Assembly (NCBI GenBank): GCA_963514005.1
Contig: OY740811.1
Coordinates: forward strand, 27,962,001 to 28,026,000
Length of the DNA: 64,000 nt
Source of the DNA: Raja brachyura
Taxonomy: Eukaryota
Direction: 5' to 3'
Both the position numbers and the translations under genes were made by a program. This document shows positions 1 through 13,141 of this stretch, in pieces. The stretch's first letter is position 1. Every line of letters starts with the position of its first letter. The notes below the pieces were generated by a model that was not told where the DNA came from, did no database searches, and saw only the letters and a list, made by a program, of their open reading frames with translations.

Positions 1-99
1 AAATATTTCACACTCCCAGCTTACAACTCCTATCATATTATTCGCCTTCCATCACAGTGAGGAATGTTGAGGAGTTACCGTGGTGGATGTTTACCTTAA

Positions 100-675
100 A
101 ATGTATTTTGTGTGTTCCGTTGTTTTTTATTTGTATGACTGACTTGGCAAATGAAATTCCTCGTATGTTGCAAAACATACTTGGATAATAAAGTATTATT
201 GTGATTGGGATTGATATTCCCAACTCTTTCCAACACTGCGAAAAAGACATTTATATTGGAAAGACCTAATGTAGTTGAACAGTTTTTAATGGCTGGAAAT
301 AAAACGGGGATGCACAATCTTGCACAGGATGCACATGGTTTACAACCCCTTGGTAACATGATACCTCTTGTGTTGCCACAATCTGCGCCTGGGGCCCCAC
401 TCCCACACGGTCATATGCGCCTGAGAGAAGTGCAGACTTTTTACTTGTAACCCATGCATATCACTGCCACTAGTTAATTAATTCTCATAGCTTTTATATT
501 ACATATATATATATTTTTGCATTTATATTCTGGCACAGATTAAAAAAAAAGAAGAATTAGTCCATCATTTCTAATTCTTTTTATGCAATGATGATTTGGT
601 TTGTGGAAATCTTGGAAAAAGTGCGAAACTTCAACTGCAATTTCTTTGAATGGCTTGCACGTGGAACTTCTGCTA
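100..675 (-). other. SLC45A1: SLC45A1 3' UTR with candidate poly(A) signal
   Basis: AT-rich sequence after the stop codon. AATAAA on the minus strand at 131-126 and ATTAAA at 290-285. The true 3' end cannot be established and may lie outside the window. Confidence 0.45.
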
Positions 676-939
676 TCAGGTGTCCACGAGGAGAGGAGTG
701 TGCTCCTCAACTTCATCATCGGGAGGAATCTCATAAATTACAAACAGAGAAGAGTACAGGCACCCGATGAAAGAGGTCAGACTGGCAAAGTACATCACCC
801 CGCTGGCACTACCGACCGCTGATGTTAGCGGGCCCATTACAATAGAAACGATGATCTGTGCAAGAAAGTATTGGCAGCTCAGGAGTGAAATGTCCACACC
901 CATCCCTCGCTTAGTCCCATTCGCATGTGGTCCTACAAA
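676..939 (-). CDS. SLC45A1: SLC45A1 final coding exon
   Basis: [51 protein letters not shown]...[10 protein letters not shown]; stop TGA at 678-676, followed directly by TAG. Confidence 0.95.
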   Translation of the reverse strand, partial: FVGPHANGTKRGMGVDISLLSCQYFLAQIIVSIVMGPLTSAVGSASGVMYFASLTSFIGCLYSSLFVIYEIPPDDEVEEHTPLLVDT

Positions 940-1560
940 CTAGAACAAAATAATATACTGCATGTTAGAGACAGATATGCATCAGCGTTAGTCATTACAG
1001 AAGATCAATGAAATAACTAACCAACAATGAGAACGTAATAAAAAAAGTCAATGTGAATTAAATATTATCCATTTCAGTCAAAGACAACACCTTGGCACTC
1101 TCAAGCATATGCAGCACAGGTTAGATACACAGTTACACAGTTAAAGTTACACAGACCCATCAAATGCTCCACAGGCAGATACAAGATGGATTAGACACAT
1201 AATAAAGCTCCCTGGACATTGTTCCATCAAACAGTCCAAGTACAACACAGGTTAAATTCAAACCCTAACCCACTAAACATATTCAGGATAAGTATAGATC
1301 AAGGTGGAGAAGCCTCTTTACGATCTTATATCAAAAATTCTGCAAATTGTTAAATTCCTAAATTGGTCTCCAAATTATGTCCCTCTCACTAGAAGCTTTA
1401 ACAACAAAAATTCTTGGCTCAGACTCCTATATCTCAAAATTGAACAATAAGCAGAAGCAAAAGTAACTCAGAAACTGTTCTCCGATGCTGGTTGGATGCA
1501 GTTTTGTTATTAATTATAGTATGCATTATGTGAGTGTACACTTTTGTTATGAGTTTATAC

Positions 1561-1766
1561 CTTTTTGCTCTGGTAGTATTCACACAGCAACGAGTAGGGC
1601 AGAGTACAGAGTGAAGAAAACAGGACCCCATATGTAACGCAAAGTGATAAAAGAACATAGCTATTCCGGGACAGAGTAGCTATGCCAGTGCCAATTCCAA
1701 AGCATAGATAACCAAAGAAGTAGAGAGTTCGGATACTGAAGTACTCTTCAAGCTTCTCCAACAGTG
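1561..1766 (-). CDS. SLC45A1: SLC45A1 coding exon 7 (206 bp)
   Basis: [34 protein letters not shown]...[14 protein letters not shown]; AG/GT boundaries, phase 1-0. Confidence 0.95.
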
Positions 1767-3849
1767 CTGTAGAAAGAAAGGAACATATGATAGAACACTA
1801 GATACATGGATCCAGTGGTTATGGTCAGGGTTATAGAGCAGTCATATTTTGCAAGGGCTTTTTGGTGTTATGTGTTGGATGCTTAAATTAGATGGGTGAA
1901 TAAAATCAAAATACTGCATAATGAGAAATGGGTAATACAAAGCCGAAAATGTGTTGAGAAAAACAAAGTAAATGTTTGAAGATAAAGCTGGAGTTAGTGT
2001 AATGGATTATGATTTATTGCATCCTGGTGTGATGAGTGGTGATGTGTTGTGTCGTGCTGGCATGCTGAATGATGCTAAAGTGGTGACCATTGGCAAACTG
2101 GATGCTGCCAAGTTAGGTGCTGGCATCTCAGGTTGCAGTTGTTGAATGCCATGGTAGTGTACTGCATAATTTAGTTCCACACTGGGCAGTGCTTTCACAC
2201 ACCATGCTGGCTAATAAGGTACAGTCTCAATTTCAGTTCCACATTTTGATACGAATTGCTGCTTCAAAAAGAGGTTGTGGTTCAATTTTGCAGACATTCA
2301 GATCTTGTTTTCTCTCAGCTCAATAAACAGGTTTCACAATCTTTGCACAGAAACCATGCTCTCTGGGTGTGTTTGGTTAATGGAGAATTACTCTACTCTC
2401 AGGGGTAGGCACACAGTTTGTGTATAATAATAAGGGCAACTAGAAATCTGAAATCTGATTAACTCACAAAAAATTGTGGCAACACAGTGTTTTACCAGAA
2501 ACAGAGGGGAAAAAAAAATTCTTGGATAATTATCAGAATTAAAGGATGCATTTAATGTTCCAGATGTTGGCAGTTGATGGAGTTACCCTCACAGATGCAG
2601 TTGTCCATTCTGTTTGTCTTTTTGTTTTTAACAGAGAAATTCTTAATGAATTCCCATTGCCAGAATTAGTCAAGATCGTTTTAAAACTGAGCCACTGTCA
2701 CCTACTGACACCCTATCCACAGGGTATACTGTCACAGGTAATATGACTGCCATGCCCTCAATATACACAGCCACCTACTGCATAATTGGCCATCACACAA
2801 ATACTCAAAACAGACATGGCTATCCAGCTCACAATTAACACGGCCATCTTTCATATTAGCCGATATGGCCACAGCAGCAGGACAAGATTGCCTTCAGCAA
2901 ATATGGCCACTTTGTTCACAGAAAACATAGCAATCACATCCATAAAAAAATGGCCATTCTGTATCGTTAACATTGCATATTTCCCATGGCATACTTGTTG
3001 GCTTGTTTTGTTTTACCAATACAATTTAAGATGATGGTATATGGATATTTTTACTTGTTTATATTATTGCATTGAATTAACAATTCTGAATATGATTTAT
3101 GGACCACACTACTTGCCAGTTCCATCAACATGGAACTTGCATGCAAGAAAAGTCAACAATTCTTCCAGTTCTACAGAGCATAGGACCACCTTTCCTTTGG
3201 CCTCCCTATGTAACAGATTAGATACTCCCAGATTAATTACAAAGTTCAATGTCCCAGAATTGAGTACCTTGCCCTTTGGCAACAAATAGACAAATCCACA
3301 AGAGGCTGCCTGGAATTCATCATAGTACTGATTCTGAACAGGGGTCATCGGTCTAGAAATCCTGCACACCTCCAGGGTTTACTGACATTGCACTCTGTAG
3401 GGGCCCAACAGCCAGATTCTATCCAAATGAGGCACAAAGTAAATGTGAAGAAAGGCCTTTGCTCGAAGTACAATTACAAATAAGATAACCACAGCTATGT
3501 TTGTTACTGATGAGTTAGCAGAGGTTGGCCAAAGGTCTTGGGGCTGGTAGGGGTGGGGGAGAGGGGGTTGGTGGTCAGGCTGGATCAAGCCGGTAATCAG
3601 GAGTGTTAAGGGATAGAGAGACATAAGGGGAAGGAAGATCTATGGGGTGATTGTCAAGCTATTGGTAGCGATAGTTGTGAAATTGGACGAATGATTATAT
3701 AATGAGGGCTTCAGATTTGCTGCCCTCATTATATAATCAAGATCAGTGGTTTGGACAAATTACTGGCACACATTGTGGTTCGGTCTAAGATGGTGTGGTT
3801 TTACTGGTGCAATGAGATACAACACAACGATTTAATATCCCCTGACATC

Positions 3850-3883
3850 AGTCTGAAGAAGGGTCTCGACCTGAAACGTCACC
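3850..3883 (+). ncRNA. Hammerhead-like motif in a mini-insert within an SLC45A1 intron (antisense to the gene)
   Basis: agu-CUGAAGA-A-GGGU-CUCG-ACCU-GAAA-CGUC-ACC. Confidence 0.55.
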
Positions 3884-4084
3884 CATTCCTTCTCTGCAGA
3901 GACGCTGCCTGTCCCGTTGAGTTACTCCAGCATTTTGTGTCTACCACGATTTAATAAATGTATATTTTAACTCAAATTCATGTGATGTATTTTGTCAAAA
4001 ATATGTAACTAGCTTTGACATTGCATTGTGTGGTTAGTATTGGTGTTTGAGCAGAGTCCCCACAGTGTAGATTCAGTGCCTTAC

Positions 4085-4261
4085 CTGAATATAAAGCCGC
4101 ACTGAATGCATAGATACACATTCCCCAGCAGCCCACGCTCACTCCTGTGTTGTACTTTTGAAATGCTTCCGAGTCGAGAGGTGCCTTGGGGTCCCCCCCG
4201 TATACCACCTCCCCCATGAAGTCTGTGTAGAAAAGGAGCATCCCTTCAAATGACAGCCAAC
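4085..4261 (-). CDS. SLC45A1: SLC45A1 coding exon 6 (177 bp)
   Basis: [27 protein letters not shown]...[16 protein letters not shown]; CAG acceptor, GTAAG donor. Confidence 0.95.
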
Positions 4262-4429
4262 CTGCAGAGGGAGAGCGCACGAGTGATAAACAAAAAGCTC
4301 ACAACAAGGGTTTAAGATTAGGCAGTGTATCTCATTTAACCATACAGCACAGAATGAGGCACATGGACAGATTAGGCTATTAAAACCATTCTTTCAATCT
4401 ACAGCCCGTGGATGCAGCTGACAAAGCTT

Positions 4430-6310
4430 ATATTTATTGCTGATTCCTAACTCCTTGAGAAGATAGTAGTGAGATAACTTGAACTCCTTCAGTCCACTGG
4501 ATGAGGTTACTCCCAGTGTTATTGGAAACGCTCTAGGATTTAGGCTCAGTAATGATGCAGGATTGGTAATATATTTTCAAGACTAGATGGAATTTTGAAG
4601 AAGAAATTGCATATATTGGTAATCTCTTGCAGGTGTTGTCCTTGCCCGTTTCTAAGTTTGAGAGCCGGTTGGTGTCAGCTAAATAACTTTAACAAATAAC
4701 GACAGTGCATTTTGTTGATGGTATCAAGTAATGAGAGTGAATGTTTAGGGTGAGCGATGCAGTGTCAGTCAAGAGGGCTGTTATATCCTAAATGGGGTTG
4801 AGATTCACCAGTGAAGTTGAAGGTGTATTGATCATGGCATATGGACAATATTTCATAATGCTCCTGATTTGTGCTCATTGATTATGGAAAGGCTTTGTTC
4901 TGTCAGATGTTAAGTAACTTGAAATAGAATATACAACTGCTATTATAACCACAATATTTATATGGCTGCCCAGTTAATTTTCGGTCAATAATCAGTGTTA
5001 GGATGTGTAGGAAGGAACTCCAGATGCTGGTTTACACCAAAGATAGACACAAAATGCCAGAGTAAATCAGTGGGACAGACAACATCTTTGGAGAGTAAGA
5101 ATGGGTGAGATCCTTCTTCAGACGGTCTGTCCATCTAATAATTGTCAGGATGTTGATAGTAAGGAACATGGCAATAGTGATGCAAATGAATATCAAGTAT
5201 AAGTGATTAGACCCTCATTAGCTGGTCCAACTTCAAATTATCAGCTCATGTCTGAATGTTGACCAGACTTGCTGGTGCAAGTATGGGCTGCTTCATTTTC
5301 TGATGAGCTGCGAAAGGAATGAAATATTGTGCGATCATCAACAAACATTACTACCTCAAATCTTATGATGGGTGGAAGGTCATTGATTAAACAGCTGATC
5401 CCCAGGACAATGGCCTGAGAAATCCTTTGGATGGGGCTTAGATTATTGACAAAGCTATGAGTGAGTTGATGTCCAATGACCACAATTTACCAGGGCTTCT
5501 TAAGACCATGAACAGTAATCTGCTGTATTGATATAGGGCTGTCACACTGGAATTCAGCTCTGCTGTCTGTATGTGAAGTCTAAAGTTAAATAGTCATCAA
5601 GCTGAACAGCAGAGCAAGTTATTGGTGGGTAGATGCCATTTGATAACACTGTTGACAATTCCTTTGCTTATGATTGAGAATGGGTTGCTGTGGCCAGATT
5701 TAGCCAGATTGCATTTGTTCCTGATTTCTTTGCACAGGACTAATCTGGACAATTTTCCACATTATCGGATGGATGCTGGTATTGTAGCTGTACTCAAACA
5801 GCTGGCTCTGAGGCATGGCAAGTTCTGCAGCAAAAGTATTCAGGTCTACCAACCTGTCTCTGTTAGCCCTTCCACCTGAAGTTGGATGCAATTGCTTCAG
5901 ACTTGCCTTTGACAATGAAGTGTTGGGCACCACCATTACTGAGGATAAGGATACTTTCAGAGACTCCCCTGCTGTCCACCATATTTATGATCAGTTATGA
6001 CCACCCTGTAGAGCCTTTATGTAATCCAGGGTGCCCAACTCTGCCAATGTCAAACTTTTTTTAATGCTTAGGTTTGAGTTACAGCTTAGCCAATTATAAG
6101 TATATCTCGTTCCTGGCGTACCTCATTGAACCAAGGATGGCCTCACAGTTTGTCAGTAAGGATCAGATGAGTAATGTGTTATGCCTTGATGTCACTGATT
6201 ATGTCAAATATGTATGCCCAGTTTTACAGTTGTTCTGAATCTAACCCATTTAAAAGATAGTAATGCCTCACAAACTATATAGAGTGTCCTTGGCTTGAAG
6301 GCATCGTTTT
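4430..6310 (-). mobile_element. Ancient CR1/L2-group LINE (related pieces at ~18100-19030 + and ~41865-42200 +)
   Basis: INDLPPIIRFEVVMFVDDRTIF (YADD-like) and ELAMPQSQLFEYSYNTSIHPIMWKIVQISPV. Confidence 0.6.
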
Positions 6311-7489
6311 TCTTGCATTAATTTACAAAGTTTTACTTTTAAAGTTATTGAGTTTCCCTCGAACTGAAAGCAACATGTACTTACACAACAATCTCCTTTT
6401 AGGGCTTTGGCCAATTAAACACAAATCAGGAATTTATCTCCCGCATTTAGACTCTATACTATAGCATGTTTATGTTGTCAATAACTTTGGTAAATTTGCC
6501 TCACAAACTGCTGTGCTCATTCAAAACAAGATCCTCAACATAAGGTGTAACTTCCAGCAGAGACAATATGAGAAACAGTCCTCCTTTGTCTAAGCTGTAC
6601 AATACCAGTGCCACAATCGGAGAGGAACATTCTCAACATGGAACTTTGGGTTGTAGTCATTGGTCAAGGGAAGGGGTGGGTATAGGATCAGAGATAGTGA
6701 TTTTTAACGAGGCAGATGTCCTACAGTTGGTTGATACTTGGGAGCAATATTGCAGAATTGCAGAAGTCTCCAATGTCTGAAACGAGATGTTCTGTCCGAT
6801 TTGGAGTGTGGAAAAAAGAATGTTCATTCATTTGCATGTTGGACTTCCAGCCTTGGAGAGGCAACTTCAGGCAGCAGAGTATGCAAGTGGGACTCAACAA
6901 AGACATCACACTCAGCACCCTCAAATTATTCAGCACATTAAAGGGGTTTATGTATGGGTAAAGTATATATCTGTCTAAAATGGACTTCTAAAAGTAGTCA
7001 GATTTAAACTCCTGCACAAACCCCTGCGTTGGGATGCAAAGTGAAATCACAACCACAAATATTTAGGGCATGATCGGTAAGCATAAAGTCAGTCAAATAC
7101 ATTCCCGTTGAGATGGACAAGAAAGAAAATGTTTTGGACGAGACTGCCGCAGTCAAACCTATCATACCTGAGGACTTTTAGAAGATGTTTGGACAGAATA
7201 GAAAAGATTTTGAGATATGGGCCAACTGCAGAGAAATGGCATTAAAGTTAGACACAAAATACTGGAGTAACTCAGCGGGACAGGCAGGATTTCTGGAGAG
7301 AAGGAATGCCATTAGGTCTGGAAGACTGCTCGGTCGGCATGAATGGCCTGTTTCCATGCTGTATAACTCAATAATTCTAAGGGCGAGAAATGTGGTTAAT
7401 GTCAGAGAGAAAATGTTCATTGTGGCTTTTAGTAGGGCCGACTCAGTGTCGTGTGCAGAGCTCATCCCTTGCTGTCTTGCTAGGATAGT

Positions 7490-8080
7490 TAAGAATGTAA
7501 GAAATGGACACAGGCAGCTCCCCCTACCTCCTCCACCATTCAAGAAGATTATGGCTGATCTTTTATCACAGCATCACCTTCCTGGACTAATCCCTCAGTT
7601 TCATAAACATTCAAAAACTTATTGATCTCTGTCCTGAAAATATTCAGGGACTGGGCCTTCACAGCCATCTTGTGTAGAGAAATCCACAAATTCATGCCTA
7701 TTTTGGTGAAGAAATTTATTCTCAACTCAGTCCTGAGTGGTTCTGGACTTGCAGCCAGGGGAAATATCATCTCTACATCTTTGCCGTCAAGCCATGTTAA
7801 AAAATAATTTGTATGTTTCAATGAGTTTGCCACTCATTCCATTAAAATCTAGAGAGCATTATGCAGAATGCTTAATCTCTCCTCAGTCTGATGGACCGTT
7901 CCCTGCACTCCCTCTATTGCAAGGAGATATTTTCTTAGGTGGAGAGACCTAATGTAGATCATTGCGGATATGGTTAAATGAGTTGCATGAATTGCAGTAT
8001 GACAACTTTGCTCTTGTATTCAAATTACTTCTCAACCTCTATTCCTAGCCTTCCACAGGTCAGTATTTGCAGCACAGCAT
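7490..8080 (-). mobile_element. CR1-type LINE 3' fragment (older)
   Basis: FFTKIGMNLWISL...SLNIFRTEINKFL; CR1 3' tail. Confidence 0.7.
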
Positions 8081-8114
8081 TCGATGACAGCTGAACAAAT
8101 AGCGAGAGGTATAC

Positions 8115-8268
8115 CCAAGAAGTGATTGACACACAGATTCCGCAGTGGTTTTGGCATCTGACAAATTGATGAAAACAAGACAGATGTGGAGAGCGGCCTC
8201 TCGGATAACTCTTCTGCGCTATTCAAGTCAGTCTCGTATTTCACTCCATTCAGCAAGATGTTCGCAAC
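8115..8268 (-). CDS. SLC45A1: SLC45A1 coding exon 5 (154 bp)
   Basis: [15 protein letters not shown]...[17 protein letters not shown](G); AG/GT boundaries, phase 0-1. Confidence 0.95.
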
Positions 8269-9359
8269 CTGTAACAAGATTAAACCAGTCACTGCAATCT
8301 GAATTTATCAGCTCATCCTGTATCTCTCCATCTTTATGGCTTCCTCCCTGCCTCCTCCCCTGAAGATGCCAACATTCACTGGGGTTCTCAATGTACCCTT
8401 CATCTGTTCTGCATACTCTCTCAGGATATAGGTTACTTCTTCCTCCGGACATATAATAATTATCTCCTAATCCTATTTATACAATGTCTCAATGTGCTTC
8501 CCTCTTGACCACAGCTCCAATATCTTTTGTATAAAGATGTTACTCGAATTTGACTTTTATTACCAATTTGAAATCATGACCCAACGAAGTTAAACCCATA
8601 ATGAAAAAAATTCATTATTGTACAAAAAGATTTGTATTTCTATTGCGTTATTTTCAGATTTCCAGCACCTGCAGATTCCTTTTGCTTTTCAACTTGCAGT
8701 CTAAGCCCATGTACTTCACTAGGGGGAGTTATGCTCCCCCGAGTCTGTCTCATTAATACTTGCCTCCAGTTCTCCGTGTATTTCTTATCCATTTCCCATT
8801 TCAACTTGTGGACTCTGGGATTGAAACTTCAAATAATGCATGGTGACAAGCATTGCATTATTAGGTGCAACAATCATATCATTGCCTTCTGAACTTCAAA
8901 TATATCACAACTATCCAAAAGTCATAGACATCTCTACACTTGCAGCTGTTTTGTTAGTGTTTGGATGTTGATGATGTAGGTGCTTTTTCTATAACCCAAT
9001 GTCTTATTAAACACCGGCAGCTTTTTGGTTTGGCACCATAACAAAAAAATAATAATTTGCCAAGCTTTTGTGTAATACAGCTCATGAATCATGTACATGA
9101 TTCTCTGGGGATCATAAATTGCTATAATGCACCAGCTCACTCCTGAGAATATTGTTAAATCTGTTAAACATTTTAGCCTGCATTACCTGATTCAAAGCCC
9201 AGACAACAACATAACTATCAGCGTCATCTCATCTGTTGATCAATAATCCCCTCAAGAAGCCAATGGATGGTGATCTGGAGATGGTCGACGTTTTAAGTCA
9301 ACACATTTTCTGTGGGTTGGACTTAACACTAACTGATCCCATACTGTACCAGGGTGATG

Positions 9360-9800
9360 TGAACTGATCCCAGCAATGAGTATGATGAGCGTTTGATGGC
9401 ACTGGGCCTCTACTCGCTGGAGTTTAGGAGGGACCTTATTGGAACTTACTGAATAATGAAAGGCCTGGATAGAGTTGATGTGGAGAGGATGTTTCCACTA
9501 GTGGGAGAGTTTAGGACCAGAGGACATATCCTCAGAATTAAAGGATGTTCCTTTAGGAAGGAGATGAGGAGGAATCCCTTTAGTCAGAGGGAGGTGAATC
9601 TGTGGGATTCATTGCCACAGGAAGCTGTGGAGGCCAAGTCAATGGATATTTTTAAGGTAGATAGATTCTTGATTAGTATGAGTGTCAGGGATTATGGGGA
9701 GAAGTCAGGAATGGGGTTAATAGGGAAAGATAGATTGACTGGCGGAGTAGACTTGTTGGGCCAAATGGGCTAATTTTGCTCCTATCATTAATGAACTTGT
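9360..9800 (+). mobile_element. CR1-type LINE 3' fragment
   Basis: MKGLDRVDVERMFPLVGEFRTRGHILRIKG...EVNLWDSLPQEAVEA. Confidence 0.85.
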
Positions 9801-10717
9801 GAACTCCCAAGGCTATGAATGTAGTGAGAAGAATAAACCTGTAACATTAACCAGTCCTGCAACATCCAAAATCTGCAAAGGGATTGTGAAGTTTGGGATC
9901 AAACAGAATTCATGGTCAGGGTGTTAAAGCCAGATTTATTATATCATACGGTGGCACTGGAACACTGTAACGTGAATAATCCTGAGTTCAGCATCTGAAA
10001 TAATGAGAGCCCAGTCATTCTGGTGGGGTGATTATCAACTCTCTGATCTAGGAATAGTTTTATCCCTAAACCTTAGGAAACAATGGCTTTTTGAGAGTGC
10101 CTTCTAAGGCACTCTCAAAAACTGGTCAAGGGGTTCACAAATTTTAGGGGCAAATCATCCTGCTTTTCAAATCAAACATGTTGTATCTGTATCCATCTGC
10201 AATTGGTTACTAAGTTTTTCAGCAGGGCATCTTGTACATTACAATGATAATGCGCTGCTGAGAACCGGTGAGATTCCCAATGGGACTGACAACTCTCCTG
10301 ACGGGAATTCATTATGTCTTCAAAATGCTCAACATTACTGGATGGAAGCTGGGTCCAGTTTTTGTGTGTTTCTGGAATTACTTGACCAGGTAAAGTCTGA
10401 ACCTATGGAGACCAGAGGAAGGTATTCTGTGGAGAAAGGGTGGTAGAATATGGGCCTAACTGACCCACTTAAGTGGCCACATCATTCGGAAATCATTCGG
10501 ATTTTTAATAATACTCAAACTGACCAATGATCTGTGTTTATTAGCCCTGAACACACAATTCCTAACCAACTCCACCCCCTGGTTGCACTGTTTGTCCACT
10601 CTCTTTGCCAATCTCCCTCCAAATGCTGAGTGCCCTCCACCTCCCAAGGCTCACTCCATTCCCCACACCCCCGCCCCATGCCTCACCGAACTGTATGCCC
10701 CTTTGATGTATCTGTAC

Positions 10718-11412
10718 CTGTTGACTGAAGGTCACCGTCCGTCTGCGACTACAGTCACCGCCATTTGCCAGGTAACTGTTCGGAATACTCAAGGTCTCCG
10801 GCCTTTTGAGAATTCCTGATGCTGAATTTCTTGTGATATCAACCTGCAGGTTCTCGGGATTCTCAGCAACCATCGAAGATCCCATTTCCTCATTTTCCGT
10901 TTCGTCAGGTATCCGGGGGAGACTGGAGCTGAGGGTGTGTCTGGGCATACTGAGGTATTGGTCATTAGCTCCTGTGTAGCAGTCAATCAAGACCGTGTCA
11001 ATATAGGAAGTTCCATAGGATGAGGCAAACTCGTTAATCCCGGTCAGAGAGCTGTCACGGCTCATAAAACTCCCATACTTGGGGGTGAGGGGGCTCAGTG
11101 GGGAAATGGGACTGGTCATGCCGTTGTAGATTCGTGTGACACTCTGGCCAGTAGTCTGGCCTCTGTCTTCATCAAGTGCCATTGGTGGAGAGGGAGGTAG
11201 AGCAAGGCTGGGGCTCTTCATCACTTTTTTCCTTTTGCCCTGTGCGTTCAGTGGCTTCTCTTGGATACTTGTCAGCGTCAGAAGAGTCGTGACAGACAGT
11301 GTTATTGCTGTGAAAATGTAGACAACCCGGAGCTGACCTCCTAAAGCTCTTCCAAAACTGGTCTGATCCCATTTGATCCCACCAATGACGTAACCGAACC
11401 CGCCTCCCAGAC
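10718..11412 (-). CDS. SLC45A1: SLC45A1 coding exon 4 (695 bp, includes the large cytoplasmic loop)
   Basis: [31 protein letters not shown]...[29 protein letters not shown]...[12 protein letters not shown]...[10 protein letters not shown]; AG at 11414-11413, GT at 10717. Confidence 0.95.
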
Positions 11413-11644
11413 CTAGATGGATTTAAAAGAGAAGCATTATGCAGCAAACTAGCAAATCTCATTCCATTCTGTGTGGATGTGGAACAATCATACACAACCG
11501 AGCAGAGGGAAGGGAAAGGTTAGTGTTCATTTGTAATGCAGGAAAGAAAATGTCATGCAAGGATATGTTCTAACCAGACCCTGTATCTGACTAATTCATT
11601 AGGGTCATAATTCAGTGATGAAATGTTGTATAATGGAGACAAAC

Positions 11645-11869
11645 CTGCCAGGAGTGCATGGATATTCAGGCCCCGGTCCTGATCCTCTGGACAGCAGACG
11701 TCCATCATATAGGCGTGGGTGGGGTTGTCTGCTGAATCAGCACTGAAGTCCATCAGCACCACACCACAGATGGTCAGGATGATGCCCCATTTATGATTAG
11801 TGACTGTGTCAGCAACAGCAAGACCCATGTCCCTGCCATTAAGCAGCAGCGAGAGGCCAATCAGTGCAC
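11645..11869 (-). CDS. SLC45A1: SLC45A1 coding exon 3 (225 bp)
   Basis: [20 protein letters not shown]...[37 protein letters not shown]; AG/GT boundaries, phase 1-1. Confidence 0.95.
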
Positions 11870-12469
11870 CTGGAACAAAGCAACACAGCAAGAAGATCAA
11901 ACCCACATTGAAAGGAAGTGAGCGAGTTTAAATTTGCAAATGCACAGCACATTGGAAACTTGACTCCCAACTTGCATTTTTAAACTAAGCCACATGTGTA
12001 ACCTTTGAGGAGAGGCTATTTAGCTATTTCAATAAGGCAATTGTTCATTAAGAGCAAAATTACAGGCTCTGGGGGTTTCAGCCCAGTGCATAAGGGTTGC
12101 CTGAGCTTCTCACAACTTCCCAATGAACCGAAGGTGAGAACATTGGGTAGGAGCCAAACGGATGATAACCAAAACCTGTCATCGATTCCGAGCTCACAGC
12201 TCCTTTTTCAAGTAACATTGTGGAAGACTTTCTTCACAGAAGTTGGACAGGGAATCATTGCAGTGTCAAAGTGTAACTTTTCTGAGTGCTGGAGGGGACA
12301 CCCTGATAAATAGGTTTTGCAGCTCTAAGCAACCTTTTCACCAGTATCCTGCAATGCAGCAGCGTTTAGAAGAGTCTCGGGAACAGCACCGTCAGCACCT
12401 TGCAACCCACAGTGAAAAGGAGTCAGTAATGAAATCCAGCTCAGATAAGCTTAGGAGATGACTTCGGCA

Positions 12470-12930
12470 CTGGATTAGTAGCTTTTTGTAGCCTGCTGTA
12501 CAGGATTTCCATCCTGTTGGATATGGAGGCCAGGCTTTGTCAATGGCTACCAAAATAGCTATTGTTCTCAACCATTTTGCCTCATTCCAGGCCTCTGCCG
12601 GAGATGTTTGCAGCATCACACAATTGGTAATACATAAATACATGAGACAGGTAATCTGCCCATATCAATTTATAGTGATGCCAGTCAAAATGAGCAGGCT
12701 TTAGAATTTAGGGATCCTTTGACTTCCCACTGCTGCAGGGTGGAATGCAATAGTCAAGGCATTCAGTGATCGTCTCATGCTTATGCACTGCAATGACTTC
12801 TATGCTGGTCTATAACAAAGAAAACATCTGCACAAGGTGTGTACAATATTCTGAGACAGATGCCCTCTTAAATCTCAAAACAGACTAACAAGTTGGCTGC
12901 CCAGAGTTGAAGAATATCTTAAAACATGGC
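12470..12930 (+). mobile_element. Decayed PIF/Harbinger transposase fragment
   Basis: Plus-strand translation QALSMATKIAIVLNHFASFQASAGDVCSITQLVIHKYMRQV resembles the HARBI1/Harbinger HTH segment; FPLLQG follows; stops and frameshifts present. Confidence 0.55.
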
Positions 12931-13141
12931 TGATGACACCCATGAGTGCCCAATCAAGAGGGCTTAATATCAGTGCAGCCTAAACCAATAAATATCAAGA
13001 ACTCTAATTTAGTAAACCATCGGCATGCATAAGATATTTTGAAGTATTTTGACAAATATAGAATGGCCTACTATAGGAAAACAGGCTTTCTGGATTGTTG
13101 TGGTCTATGGTTCTCTGCAAAATATATATTGCAGAGAACCA

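Noticed and set aside
6360-7170. Possible ancient transposon coding remnant in the intron
   Set aside because: The translations gave no motif I could assign with confidence.
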